Virus record (IMG/VR): IMGVR_UViG_3300037780_000034
Span: 32,001 to 96,000 of that record
DNA from: a virus
Lineage: Duplodnaviria; Caudoviricetes
Length of the DNA stretch: 64,000 nucleotides
Direction: 5' to 3' (one strand)
The notes under the pieces are model-generated. The model was not told the DNA's origin. It was given only the letters and a program-made list of their open reading frames with translations, and did no database searches. The position numbers and the translations under genes are program-made. This document shows, piece by piece, positions 1 to 9,201 of this stretch. Numbering within the stretch: position 1 is the stretch's first letter; each line of letters opens with the position of its first letter.

Positions 1-257
1 CTTTTTGGTCCATCTGGAAGTTCAACGGCAGGTCCATCAATGCGATGACGTTGGCCATTATGATACCAATGACGGGTTCCGTCTGGATATTCAACAGCAG
101 GGCCATCTGTTCTATGAAGGTTGCCATTTATATACCAACATTTTGTTCCATTTGCATGTTCAACAGCAGGGCCATCTGTTCTATGAAGTTTACCGTTTTG
201 ATACCAATGACGGGTTCCGTCATTATGGACATGAACTACATATTCTTTGTAAGACAT
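1..257 (-). CDS. HRxDGPA-repeat protein, paralog 2 (partial, runs off window edge)
   Basis: Not in ORF track. Hand translation from ATG 257: MSYKEYVVHVHNDGTRHWYQNGKLHRTDGPAVEHANGTKCWYINGNLHRTDGPAVEYPDGTRHWYHNGQRHRIDGPAVELPDGPK..., open to base 1; GGAG RBS at 264-267. Confidence 0.85.
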   Translation of the reverse strand, partial: MSYKEYVVHVHNDGTRHWYQNGKLHRTDGPAVEHANGTKCWYINGNLHRTDGPAVEYPDGTRHWYHNGQRHRIDGPAVELPDGPK

Positions 258-860
258 TTTAATCTCCTTTTTCAAATTTCTTGGAGTCTATATTTGACTC
301 CATCAATCACAACAATTTTTCCAGAACAAGTGAGGTTCTTTTTATTAAATTCAGATTCAGTTAGCTGCTTGCCATTTATATACCACTCATTTGTTCCATT
401 TGCTCGTTCAACAGCAGGGCCATCACTCCGATGAAGTTTGTCATTTATATACCACCATTTTGTTCCACCTGCTTCTTCAATAGCAGGGCCATCAATACGA
501 TGACGTTTGCCATTTATCCACCAACTTTTTGTTCCATCTGCTTCTTCAACGGCAGGACCATCACTCCGATGAAGTTTGCCATTTATCCACCACATTTTTG
601 TTCCATCTGCTTCTTCAATAGCAGGGCCATCACTCCGATGATATTTGCCATTTTGATACCACATTTTTGTTCCATCTGGAAATTCAATGGCAGGGCCATC
701 ACTCCGATGATATTTGCCATTTTGATACCACATTTTTGTTCCATCTGGAAATTCAATGGCAGGACCATCTGTTCTATGAAGTTTACCGTTTTGATACCAA
801 TGACGGGTTCCGTCATTATAGACATGAACTACATATTCTTTGTAAGACATTTTAATCTCC
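172..860. repeat. 96-nt direct repeat (172-267 / 765-860) covering RBS and first ~28 codons of both repeat-protein genes
   Basis: The copies are identical except g227/a820; offset 593 nt. Confidence 0.95.
272..850 (-). CDS. HRxDGPA (MORN-like) repeat protein, six 23-aa repeats plus a partial one
   Basis: Unit WY(Q/I)NGKxHRxDGPA(I/V)ExxDGTKx; 69-nt DNA period; GGAG RBS. Confidence 0.9.
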   Translation of the reverse strand: MSYKEYVVHVYNDGTRHWYQNGKLHRTDGPAIEFPDGTKMWYQNGKYHRSDGPAIEFPDGTKMWYQNGKYHRSDGPAIEEADGTKMWWINGKLHRSDGPAVEEADGTKSWWINGKRHRIDGPAIEEAGGTKWWYINDKLHRSDGPAVERANGTNEWYINGKQLTESEFNKKNLTCSGKIVVIDGVKYRLQEI

Positions 861-875
861 CTTGATCTACTAACT

Positions 876-904
876 AGAGTAGACGATTAGAACAATGGTG
901 TCAA
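876..904 (-). promoter_or_regulatory. sigma70-like early promoter
   Basis: Minus strand TTGACA (904-899), 17 nt, TACTCT (881-876), upstream of the repeat-protein genes. Confidence 0.7.
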
Positions 905-915
905 TAGTAATTATG

Positions 916-1113
916 TTACCCCAACATGTTTTCTTCTATAGTTTTTCTTTTTTTGCAATAAAAATCAGTCCACAATCTAAATAATAATCCAATTGCAAAT
1001 CCTGAAAATATAATTTGCCAAGCAAGTTCGGCTTGAAAAGTTGAATAGAATAACAATGCTGTAATCAAATCTGCAAACAAAAATGCAAAACAATAATCAT
1101 ACCATCTAACCAT
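916..1113 (-). CDS. small membrane protein
   Basis: 65 aa with two hydrophobic segments. Confidence 0.7.
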   Translation of the reverse strand: MVRWYDYCFAFLFADLITALLFYSTFQAELAWQIIFSGFAIGLLFRLWTDFYCKKRKTIEENMLG

Positions 1114-1126
1114 TTCAACAGTTCCT

Positions 1127-2299
1127 TTAATTATGCATAAAATTATTTAATACATCAAATACATCTTCTAATGCAGTTGTTGTATTATCTACTTTTTTTT
1201 CTATATTAATGTTACTATGAACACGAACGAAATCAGACTTACACATAGATATATTATCAACATTATACGACACTAAAAATAAACCTTTATTTTTAATAAA
1301 GTTTTTTTCATAAAATTGTTTATTATTATATACATCAATTGTTTGATATCTACTGAAAGTTTTTTTAAAATCTAAAACTTTGGTTTCATCTAAACTTATA
1401 TAACCAAAGAGTTTGCTGGGATTTCTTTTTTTGAAATTACGAGTTCCCGCAAATTCTATTAAATGCTTACTTACTCTATTTCCCAAGAAAAACTCATTTT
1501 CAATAAAATGGCATAGCTTATTATTGTAAACTTCTGTATACTCTTTTTCTTCGTCGGTGAAATACTGTATTATTTCTTCAATACTAACATCACTATACGA
1601 ATCATTATCTTGTTCATTTTTTAGATAATAATCTGGATCAAACTCAAGTTCGCTTAATACAGAAATAGCATTTTCGTATGAATATTCTAAACGATCTTCA
1701 CCTTGCTGTAGTTTAATTTCTTTTCCATACACCCCACCAATTTCTCTTTCTAATTCTTCCCAAGAATTAGGCAATCCTTTTTTTGCAATTGCAAGAGCAA
1801 TTTTTGTGTATTCAAATTTGCCTATATGGTATCCTTTGTTTTTATATTTTGAAACACGCATCAAACTGTTTAAAGGAAATTTTGTATTATGATTGAACCT
1901 CAGAGTTTTAGATGCTATATCTCCGTAGAAATCTTCGTGGAATACGTATTCTTGTGTGTCGCAATCATATGCACCCATACACACAGTAAAGTCAAAAACA
2001 TCAAAAATACTTTTTGCAGTTTCAAACCACTTAAAAAACATAATTTGAACTATAACTCGGTTTCCTGTTTTTGGGTCTTTTACATCATTAACTTTTAATG
2101 TTATAGCACGATCACTTATATTACAGATAAACGAACTATGATCTTCCATTAACACATATAATGCAGATTCTAAACCATTTTTGTTTTTTGGATACACGTC
2201 ATAATCTGCTACATCTGTTTTGGTAACAGTAGACAATATTGATCCACCTGCAATAAAACAGTTTTCAAATTCAAAAGGCATTTTTGGCAGTCTTTTCAT
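1127..2299 (-). CDS. Pol-beta-superfamily nucleotidyltransferase (polyA-polymerase/CCA head-domain-like)
   Basis: IAGGSI..DYDVY catalytic motif, FDFTVCMGAYD, and LMRVSKYKNKGY helix. Confidence 0.7.
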   Translation of the reverse strand: MKRLPKMPFEFENCFIAGGSILSTVTKTDVADYDVYPKNKNGLESALYVLMEDHSSFICNISDRAITLKVNDVKDPKTGNRVIVQIMFFKWFETAKSIFDVFDFTVCMGAYDCDTQEYVFHEDFYGDIASKTLRFNHNTKFPLNSLMRVSKYKNKGYHIGKFEYTKIALAIAKKGLPNSWEELEREIGGVYGKEIKLQQGEDRLEYSYENAISVLSELEFDPDYYLKNEQDNDSYSDVSIEEIIQYFTDEEKEYTEVYNNKLCHFIENEFFLGNRVSKHLIEFAGTRNFKKRNPSKLFGYISLDETKVLDFKKTFSRYQTIDVYNNKQFYEKNFIKNKGLFLVSYNVDNISMCKSDFVRVHSNINIEKKVDNTTTALEDVFDVLNNFMHN

Positions 2300-2312
2300 A
2301 TTATAAACTCTT

Positions 2313-3155
2313 TCATAAAAATAAGTTATCTATGCTTTCTAAAAGTTTTTTTGTATCTAAATTATTATACCATCCACTAGTAGGGACAGCATTTACTTCT
2401 ATTATTTTATATTCTTCTTTATGTTTTGCAATATCAATTACCCACTCACCACCAATATTTGAAAGATAATCACCTGCCTTTTCTGTTAACTGGACTATTG
2501 GTTTTGTAATGTGAGTAGGTAATTGTATTGTGGTATCCCACGAATATGGAACACCAGTAACAAACTGTTCATCTATATAGTAGCACCGCCATTCTACTTT
2601 GTCAATCTCTTTATAACGTGATACAGCAACTATTTCTGATTTAAATAAATTTTCTAAATTTTTGCGACAATTTATTTCAAATTGTATATCACTTGAAACG
2701 CAGTCAAATCCTGTAAATGATTTCCAAGGACTCAATGGTCTAATAAAAATTCTTTCCCAATCTTTGGGCCATACAATATGATTAGATAATATATCACCTA
2801 TAGTTGTAAAATATACCAAATCATTTAATAATAATTCTTTTGGAATTTGCGAATACCAGTGATTCATATATAGTGGATTACGAACATCATTCATAATAAA
2901 AGTATTTGGAAACAATAAACCATTTCCAATTCTTTCATATTTTTTAACTTTCAAAATTCTTGCAATTTGAATAGAAACAAATGGAATGATAATTTTATTT
3001 TGTTCTGCTGTTTCGCATATATTTGTAAAAATATTATTAATATTATCATTTCCAGAAAAGAAAGTGAAATCCCATTCATCTTTAATATATGGGGTTACTT
3101 CTTTTATTATTTCTTTTTGAAATACGAAATGTCTTTTATTTTGCTTCATAATCAT
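2313..3155 (-). CDS. ATP-grasp enzyme, R2K-clade-like
   Basis: IFIRPLSPWKSFTG, EWRCYYID..FVTG, WVIDIA..IIEVN. Confidence 0.65.
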   Translation of the reverse strand: MIMKQNKRHFVFQKEIIKEVTPYIKDEWDFTFFSGNDNINNIFTNICETAEQNKIIIPFVSIQIARILKVKKYERIGNGLLFPNTFIMNDVRNPLYMNHWYSQIPKELLLNDLVYFTTIGDILSNHIVWPKDWERIFIRPLSPWKSFTGFDCVSSDIQFEINCRKNLENLFKSEIVAVSRYKEIDKVEWRCYYIDEQFVTGVPYSWDTTIQLPTHITKPIVQLTEKAGDYLSNIGGEWVIDIAKHKEEYKIIEVNAVPTSGWYNNLDTKKLLESIDNLFL

Positions 3156-3432
3156 AATTTATGTCGTCATCATAATCGCTGTGTCTGATATCATAAAATT
3201 TAGAATGCAAACTAAATCCAAATAAACCAATATCAAAGCCAACACCCCAATGATCTTGAGATTTGTCACTCCAAGTAAATGTTATATCAAACAATTCTTT
3301 CCAATCAAATGCATCAAGTTGGATACATATAGCTTTATTTTTTGTTATTCTTGGTTCATACCAAAAAATTGTTTTTCCTGAGTTATTTTTTACAAACGGA
3401 TTGCTAATTGTAAATCCAAAATATATACTCAT
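3136..3432 (-). CDS. hypothetical protein
   Basis: 98-aa ORF coupled to its neighbours. Confidence 0.7.
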   Translation of the reverse strand: MSIYFGFTISNPFVKNNSGKTIFWYEPRITKNKAICIQLDAFDWKELFDITFTWSDKSQDHWGVGFDIGLFGFSLHSKFYDIRHSDYDDDINYDYEAK

Positions 3433-3860
3433 TTTATAGTCCTCTTATATTCATATTTGTCACAATCTGTTATGCCCGAAACATATCTATTTTTTATATC
3501 ATCCCAAAACAAATCATTTGGTTGGCTTATTCTATATGCAAATTTACCATCAAAATAAACTAATACTTCCCTAGACCCACTATGTTGTGATTGAATCACG
3601 ATAGTATATGCCGTAGTCATCGCCGCCCCGCCTATACCATCAAACCCTAATGATGTGCTTCCCCACGTTTGAGGAAACATTGCGACGATTGCAAATTCAT
3701 TTTTATAAGGATTTCTGGTCTTTGATTCATATATTTCTCTACCTTCTACTTTACTTTGATGCCATTGTTTTTGTTCGTAATGTATCAAACTTAAACCAAA
3801 ATGTTGAGCATGATATATACATTCACTTACTGTTTCTATAGGATTACTTAAACGATCCAT
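3429..3860 (-). CDS. hypothetical protein
   Basis: 143-aa ORF with AAGGA RBS; contains FPQTWGSTSLGFDGIGG. Confidence 0.75.
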   Translation of the reverse strand: MDRLSNPIETVSECIYHAQHFGLSLIHYEQKQWHQSKVEGREIYESKTRNPYKNEFAIVAMFPQTWGSTSLGFDGIGGAAMTTAYTIVIQSQHSGSREVLVYFDGKFAYRISQPNDLFWDDIKNRYVSGITDCDKYEYKRTIK

Positions 3861-3912
3861 AATCTATTTCCTTTAATATCAAACTAACCCAGATTTTCCA
3901 GACCCACAAAAA

Positions 3913-4641
3913 TTATATTTTACTTTTTCCATATTCAAATTTATATGTATCTGGTATTTCTTTTAAGTCTAACAATATTTTTTCAGTTACATTATCTTTA
4001 TGAATTTTGTATAACTCTGGCCAATCTTCTGCAAACAAAATAACACTATATCTGTAGTGACCATTGCGACTACTACCGCCAGAACCAGTGTTAATTCTTA
4101 ATTCTTTTAATACTCGTGTCTCAAATGACGATGAACACTTCACTTTAAATTCAATACTTCCTGTCCAACCTGGATATCCTCGTGGCGCAGGACTTTTGTC
4201 TTTCAAAACTGTTCTTCCACCCCAATTTGTTACACCATTATGCGGACAAGTGTGAGTGTTACTACAACGTTCATTCCACGTTAATTTTAAGTATGTTATA
4301 TTAATACTAAAAATATCACGGCTTTCTTCTAACTTTTTTCTGTCACTCATAAAAGAATGTTTTAAAAGCCGATTAAATATAAATTCTGGATGCAAAGAAA
4401 TCCAGTTTATAATGTCATTAAATGTAGGTTGATTCCATAAATCTTGTTTAATTTTGTTATCAACTATTTCTCTGGCACGTTTATGCATACGGGTTTCTCT
4501 TAAATTTTTAAGATGACTTACATATGATTTTTTTGTTAAATATACCTGTTTTGTCCAAGGACATTGATATGCCTTTGTTTTTTTAGCTTCACAAATAGGT
4601 ATAACATTGCCAGCGCCTTTGTAAACTTCTATTTTTGGCAT
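3913..4641 (-). CDS. hypothetical phage protein
   Basis: 242-aa ORF; N-terminal CPWT...H motif. Confidence 0.75.
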   Translation of the reverse strand: MPKIEVYKGAGNVIPICEAKKTKAYQCPWTKQVYLTKKSYVSHLKNLRETRMHKRAREIVDNKIKQDLWNQPTFNDIINWISLHPEFIFNRLLKHSFMSDRKKLEESRDIFSINITYLKLTWNERCSNTHTCPHNGVTNWGGRTVLKDKSPAPRGYPGWTGSIEFKVKCSSSFETRVLKELRINTGSGGSSRNGHYRYSVILFAEDWPELYKIHKDNVTEKILLDLKEIPDTYKFEYGKSKI

Positions 4642-4657
4642 ATCACATTTTCCTATA

Positions 4658-5752
4658 TTATTCGTTTTTCAATAACCATTTATTGCTGATAGTTTTAAAC
4701 ATTATAGTATTATCAGTTGTGCATTTCCAAACAAGACCTTCTCGTTCAGTTCCATTGATTATACTCTTTCCTTCTGCGAATGCAAGCATTTCTTGAACAC
4801 CATCAAAATCACGTATAGACAATTCGTCTGCAATACGTGGTGCGTGAAGTAATCCCAATTTTTCGCAAATTTCTATTCGCTTATGCGGCTCCATATATCC
4901 ATGATTATCAATATCGTAAATATTGAATACCCGAAGTTCTGGCGGAATCTTAAATTGGCCACTTTGAACATTTTGGCCAATAATTTCACCTTGAATAGAA
5001 ATATTCAAACCAAGTTCTTCTACTTTATTGATAATATCATATTTCCTTGCAATTTGCCAATATAGATTTTCTTCGGTTTCTTCCAAACTTAGGTTCCGCG
5101 AACATACATGCGATTCGTAATGATCATCCCCATATTTAAACCTAACATATGTAAAACTAGTTCCGTCTAGTTTTTCAGTTACTTCAAATTTAAGATCACG
5201 ATCTTTCCATCCCTGAATACGATTGGTAAGATTTTGAATGCGTTCTGCATCCGTCTTTGGTGAAATATGTGTTGGAAAATTTCCTTTTGCAACACCTTGT
5301 AGTTGTGCAGAAATGGGTTTTTCCCATTTTTGAATTCCAAGAATTTCTGTTAGGTCAGAACCTTCCTCAAACAGGCGAACAGGATCAGCCTCTCCAAATT
5401 TAATATAACCACCATCAAGATATTGAATATCTTCTTTTGGTATTTTGTTTATAACTTCATCAATCGGTAAAAGTAGTCCCTGTGAAACTACGCCCCGCAT
5501 TTTTTTGCTACGAAGACGTTCACCCTTTACACCATTATATTCACGTGGTTCTTTTCCATTAGATAAAAATTCCGCCAGTTCAGTTGGAATCCACGAATCA
5601 ATTTCAAAATATACCGCAAGATCATTTGCCTTATATTCACCTTTTTTAACAATTACGTACCATCCGCCTACAACAGCGATTTCAATCAAGTCAGCACCTT
5701 CGATTGGGCGAATTTCATTTATCTTGCGGATACTTGCTAGTTTACGTTCCAT
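4658..5752 (-). CDS. RNA ligase, DRB0094 family
   Basis: N-terminal RKLASIRKI..I.PIEGAD.IE.A module; motif I EKLDGTS; IQGEIIG, FNIYD, REGLVWK, FKTISN. Confidence 0.9.
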   Translation of the reverse strand: MERKLASIRKINEIRPIEGADLIEIAVVGGWYVIVKKGEYKANDLAVYFEIDSWIPTELAEFLSNGKEPREYNGVKGERLRSKKMRGVVSQGLLLPIDEVINKIPKEDIQYLDGGYIKFGEADPVRLFEEGSDLTEILGIQKWEKPISAQLQGVAKGNFPTHISPKTDAERIQNLTNRIQGWKDRDLKFEVTEKLDGTSFTYVRFKYGDDHYESHVCSRNLSLEETEENLYWQIARKYDIINKVEELGLNISIQGEIIGQNVQSGQFKIPPELRVFNIYDIDNHGYMEPHKRIEICEKLGLLHAPRIADELSIRDFDGVQEMLAFAEGKSIINGTEREGLVWKCTTDNTIMFKTISNKWLLKNE

Positions 5753-5778
5753 ATTATGTCTCTTTCATCTAAAATTAA

Positions 5779-6165
5779 TTATTTTTTGTAAAGAATAGGG
5801 TCGCCAAAAACATCTATTTTTCCTACATAACATAAAGCAGGAACATAAAATTTACGACCACTGGTTTGATTCGTATAGATAGAACTTGGATAGTCACTAT
5901 CTTGGCTCATTTCAACCAAATGTTCTGCCATTTCTTCACTTGTTTTGATTCCTGTGCGATAAAAGTCACTATCTTTATTATAATGAATGATAGTATCAAT
6001 CATCATTTGTTCAAATCCAAATTGAGGATATGAATGTATTGATAGATTTGTGATACAAGGGTTCGGAGCAGTATGCCGTTCATATAGAATTCCACTATAA
6101 ATTGCAAGTGCAACCGTAGCACAAGCAATGGCGGCACCAGTAAAGTATCCATAACGATCAATCAT
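5779..6165 (-). CDS. hypothetical protein with N-terminal TM/signal segment
   Basis: Hydrophobic N-terminus. Confidence 0.7.
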   Translation of the reverse strand: MIDRYGYFTGAAIACATVALAIYSGILYERHTAPNPCITNLSIHSYPQFGFEQMMIDTIIHYNKDSDFYRTGIKTSEEMAEHLVEMSQDSDYPSSIYTNQTSGRKFYVPALCYVGKIDVFGDPILYKK

Positions 6166-6397
6166 TTTTCTCGGTCCATTTCAAACTATTACGCATTGCT
6201 TCATATGCTGCAATTTTTTCATCGTAGAATTTCAACATATGTTCATTGTTGATTTGTTCTCTTTCGGTTGCAGTATCTTTTTCTTTGTGGATTTTTACTA
6301 TGAATTCCATTTTCATAAGAAGACATTGTGATATTGCGTCCTGAAAAAGGGTTCCAAGATAATCACTGTCTTCATATTCCATTATTACTTTTGTCAT
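6158..6397 (-). CDS. hypothetical protein
   Basis: 79 aa; start/stop overlap with neighbours. Confidence 0.7.
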   Translation of the reverse strand: MTKVIMEYEDSDYLGTLFQDAISQCLLMKMEFIVKIHKEKDTATEREQINNEHMLKFYDEKIAAYEAMRNSLKWTEKND

Positions 6398-6810
6398 ACT
6401 GATTCTTTTTCTGGACGAACACGTTCAATATATTCTTCTATAGTATAAATTTGAAATCCCGATCTTTCAAATGCTTCTTGTTTTTCGCAAGTCATTGTTT
6501 CATCAAATAAGGCAATATTATATCCAAATACAATAAAATTGCTTATGTATGGATTATTTTCATAGAATTCATTGAGTTTAATATGATATTCTTTATACTG
6601 TTTTTCGCCAGCATTTGCTGATTTTGGACGAAATTGTTCATCAATTTGTTTCCGATCTTCTCGGTATTTTGTTTCGTATGCAACATATGTATCAAAAGCT
6701 TTGCTGATTTCTTCATACAATGATTTTTTGGATTCTGCATCAATTGCATACACATGCTCGCAATATGAGTCATATTCGCCAGTATTGTAAGTTACAAAAA
6801 ATGTTTCCAT
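6394..6810 (-). CDS. hypothetical protein
   Basis: 138 aa in a leftward operon. Confidence 0.7.
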   Translation of the reverse strand: METFFVTYNTGEYDSYCEHVYAIDAESKKSLYEEISKAFDTYVAYETKYREDRKQIDEQFRPKSANAGEKQYKEYHIKLNEFYENNPYISNFIVFGYNIALFDETMTCEKQEAFERSGFQIYTIEEYIERVRPEKESV

Positions 6811-6815
6811 AATAT

Positions 6816-7079
6816 TTACCCCGGTAATCCTTTAACAAAATGTGCCAACCAAATTCGTTTCGCAAGGTCTTCATCAAACTGTGCAACAACTTCTACCATA
6901 TTTGTTTTCAGTGTGACTGCTTTGTTGCAAGAACAAAGTCGTTCCCCTTTTGCTGGCCCCATGCATCCACACGCACCATAGAAGACTTGATAATTAATCA
7001 ATCCTTCTTCGCCCTTGCGGGCAAGAATCCGTTTTGCAAGATCAACCAATTCAGGAAGTGAAAATTCATCAAACATCAT
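6816..7079 (-). CDS. Cys-rich hypothetical protein
   Basis: GACGCMGP..LCSC motif, possibly metal-binding. Confidence 0.7.
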   Translation of the reverse strand: MMFDEFSLPELVDLAKRILARKGEEGLINYQVFYGACGCMGPAKGERLCSCNKAVTLKTNMVEVVAQFDEDLAKRIWLAHFVKGLPG

Positions 7080-7392
7080 ATACTTCCTTTCCGATTAGTT
7101 CAAGTTCGATTACTGAATTTTTTATAGTTTCATAAGACTTTAACAATTTTTTATTAATTTTTTGTTGTTCTTCTAATTTTTTCAATAAGTTATCTCTTTC
7201 ACTTTTATAAGGATTTATATTATTTTGATACTTATTAAAATAATATGACCTTTCTTTTTTGAGATAATTTATTCGTTCATATGCTTCTTTAAGAAGTTTT
7301 GCTTCTGTCATTTTTCCTTTTTGAACAAGCCATATGCCATTTTCTGCCATATATAATTTTTGAATTTTTTCTTCAACACTTAGGTCTGACAT
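7069..7392 (-). CDS. coiled-coil hypothetical protein
   Basis: 107 aa; AAAGGA RBS. Confidence 0.7.
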   Translation of the reverse strand: MSDLSVEEKIQKLYMAENGIWLVQKGKMTEAKLLKEAYERINYLKKERSYYFNKYQNNINPYKSERDNLLKKLEEQQKINKKLLKSYETIKNSVIELELIGKEVYDV

Positions 7393-7407
7393 TTTATATC
7401 CTTTTGA

Positions 7408-7611
7408 TTATTTGTTTGCAACATACTTATTCCATATATAGGTGATCACATATGGTATTGATAAAAAGATTGCAAGTGACCCAAATACAATTATTAACAA
7501 GATAAAAAGTTCAAATGTATATATTGCAGTAACTATTAATCCTATAGCAAAGAGCATCAAAATCCAAACAATACCTACAGTATTAACGTCAAGCTTTTTC
7601 ATTTCAAACAT
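7408..7611 (-). CDS. small membrane protein (start revised to ATG 7611)
   Basis: Two TM segments; the longer track start lies inside the tandem promoters. Confidence 0.6.
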   Translation of the reverse strand: MFEMKKLDVNTVGIVWILMLFAIGLIVTAIYTFELFILLIIVFGSLAIFLSIPYVITYIWNKYVANK

Positions 7612-7641
7612 ACTTTCTTTTATAGTGCATTTACGAATCAC

Positions 7642-7698
7642 ACTATATATTACGTGTTTATCTGTGTCAAGCATAAAACCACTTTCTAAAAAAGTCAA
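7642..7698 (-). promoter_or_regulatory. two tandem sigma70-like promoters
   Basis: TTGACT (7698-7693)-17-TATGCT (7675-7670) and TTGACA (7670-7665)-17-TATAGT (7647-7642). Confidence 0.75.
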
Positions 7699-7704
7699 TA
7701 AAAT

Positions 7705-7712
7705 AATAAATA
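7705..7712 (+). promoter_or_regulatory. T4-like late promoter variant (AATAAATA)
   Basis: Upstream of the tail tube gene; near-match to TATAAATA. Confidence 0.5.
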
Positions 7713-7743
7713 CCATTAAAGAAATCCAAAGGAGATTAAAAAT

Positions 7744-8349
7744 ATGGCTATTCTAACAAATATGAGTGTTCCTACCACCAGTGGAAATAACTTGCTACTT
7801 ATGCCAAAGTTGCAAAACAGATTTCGTGTTTCGTTCTTATTTGATAATGCGCAAATAATAACTGGAAACGTGGTTAGTGTTACCCGTCCTACTTTAACAT
7901 TTGAAGAAGTTCAATTACACGCATATAATTCAAGGGTTTATGTTGCTGGTAAACACGAATGGAATGCTGTTACTGTTGTCATTCGTGATGATGTAAATAG
8001 TCAAACAATTCGTGAACTTGATCGTCAGTTAAATAGACAAATTGATATGGCAAGCCAAAGCACACCTACTGCGGCTTCTGCTTTTAAATTTGTAACACAA
8101 ATTGAGACATTAGATGGAACAAACGGAACAGACCCCGGTGTATTGGATCAGTGGAGTTTAGTAGGAACATTTATTCAGAATATAGAATACGGAAACAATG
8201 ATTATAGTGATTCTACTCCAATTCAAGTTAGTGTTACCTTAAGATATGATAGTGCCATACATAGCATACCTGGTGATGATGATACACTTAGCGGACAATT
8301 CGTTCAAACAAATGAACAGAACGCAACTGGTGGTGGTGTCGGTCAGTAA
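7744..8349 (+). CDS. tail tube protein (gp19-like)
   Basis: PKLQNRFRVSF, VTRP.L.FEEV.L..YNSRVYVAGKHEW, IRDD, LRYD pattern of myophage tubes. Confidence 0.8.
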   Translation: MAILTNMSVPTTSGNNLLLMPKLQNRFRVSFLFDNAQIITGNVVSVTRPTLTFEEVQLHAYNSRVYVAGKHEWNAVTVVIRDDVNSQTIRELDRQLNRQIDMASQSTPTAASAFKFVTQIETLDGTNGTDPGVLDQWSLVGTFIQNIEYGNNDYSDSTPIQVSVTLRYDSAIHSIPGDDDTLSGQFVQTNEQNATGGGVGQ

Positions 8350-8366
8350 TATTAGTATATAAGTAA

Positions 8367-9173
8367 ATGTCAATAACAGTTGCAAATCAATTTTATGGAA
8401 GTATGGACCACGGAGGGGATTTAGTTAATCCCTCTCCAATGGTTAGTTCACCACGTTTAAAATTTAAATATACTGCTACTTTTGAAGGATTTGAAAGCGT
8501 TAATGTGCCATTTCCATTAAAATCTGTAACTATACCAGATATATCATTTGAAACAAAAGTAGTTCAACAATATAATATAAAAAGAGTAGTTCAACAAAAA
8601 ATAAATTATGGGCAAGCTACTATGACATTAGTAGATACATTTGATAATAGATTTACAGATAATATATATATCCCATATGTATCTAATTACTATAATAATG
8701 GAAAAGGTATAAGTTTACCAAATACATCTATCCAGCCCAGTCAAAAATCTCCCGTAATAGGAGACTTTTCAACAACATTAGGATATACTGCACCATCTAA
8801 TACGAATAGGTTTAATATTCCTTCTATAAAAATAGCATTAGATGGTGGACCTAATCCAAAAGTTTATACATTACATAATTGCTTTTTTGTTACCATTAAT
8901 AATGACACTCTTGATTATGAACAAAGTCAGCCTGTTATGTATACTTTAACTATACAACCAGAATTAATAACTATATCTACCCCATTTTCGGATACGGTAA
9001 GTGATGGAACTCAGGAAGAGCCTCAAGAACCGTTTATATTGATTCCTGCTCCTTTTGTAAATGATGAAAATACATTTTTGGAAAGTTTACAAACTACTAC
9101 AACAACACCAACATTATTAGACGTTGTGGAGTCCCAACTGGATCAGGCAAATATAAATTTTAATATTGCATAA
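8367..9173 (+). CDS. tail-tube-fold paralog (baseplate tube initiator, gp48/54-like)
   Basis: PRLKFKY..F, KSVTIP..SFET..VQQYN..RVVQQKINY shares the tube-fold pattern. Confidence 0.55.
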   Translation: MSITVANQFYGSMDHGGDLVNPSPMVSSPRLKFKYTATFEGFESVNVPFPLKSVTIPDISFETKVVQQYNIKRVVQQKINYGQATMTLVDTFDNRFTDNIYIPYVSNYYNNGKGISLPNTSIQPSQKSPVIGDFSTTLGYTAPSNTNRFNIPSIKIALDGGPNPKVYTLHNCFFVTINNDTLDYEQSQPVMYTLTIQPELITISTPFSDTVSDGTQEEPQEPFILIPAPFVNDENTFLESLQTTTTTPTLLDVVESQLDQANINFNIA

Positions 9174-9201
9174 TTTGTAAATAATACTAAAGGATATAAA
9201 A

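Noticed and set aside
1-860. Diversity-generating retroelement template/variable repeat pair
   Set aside because: The two copies differ at only one base and lie at gene 5' ends, and no reverse transcriptase is present in the window.
5-865. Plus-strand ORFs 5-262, 45-434, 431-865 and 667-855
   Set aside because: These are antisense shadows of the repeat-protein genes, without RBS; their periodicity comes from the minus-strand repeats.
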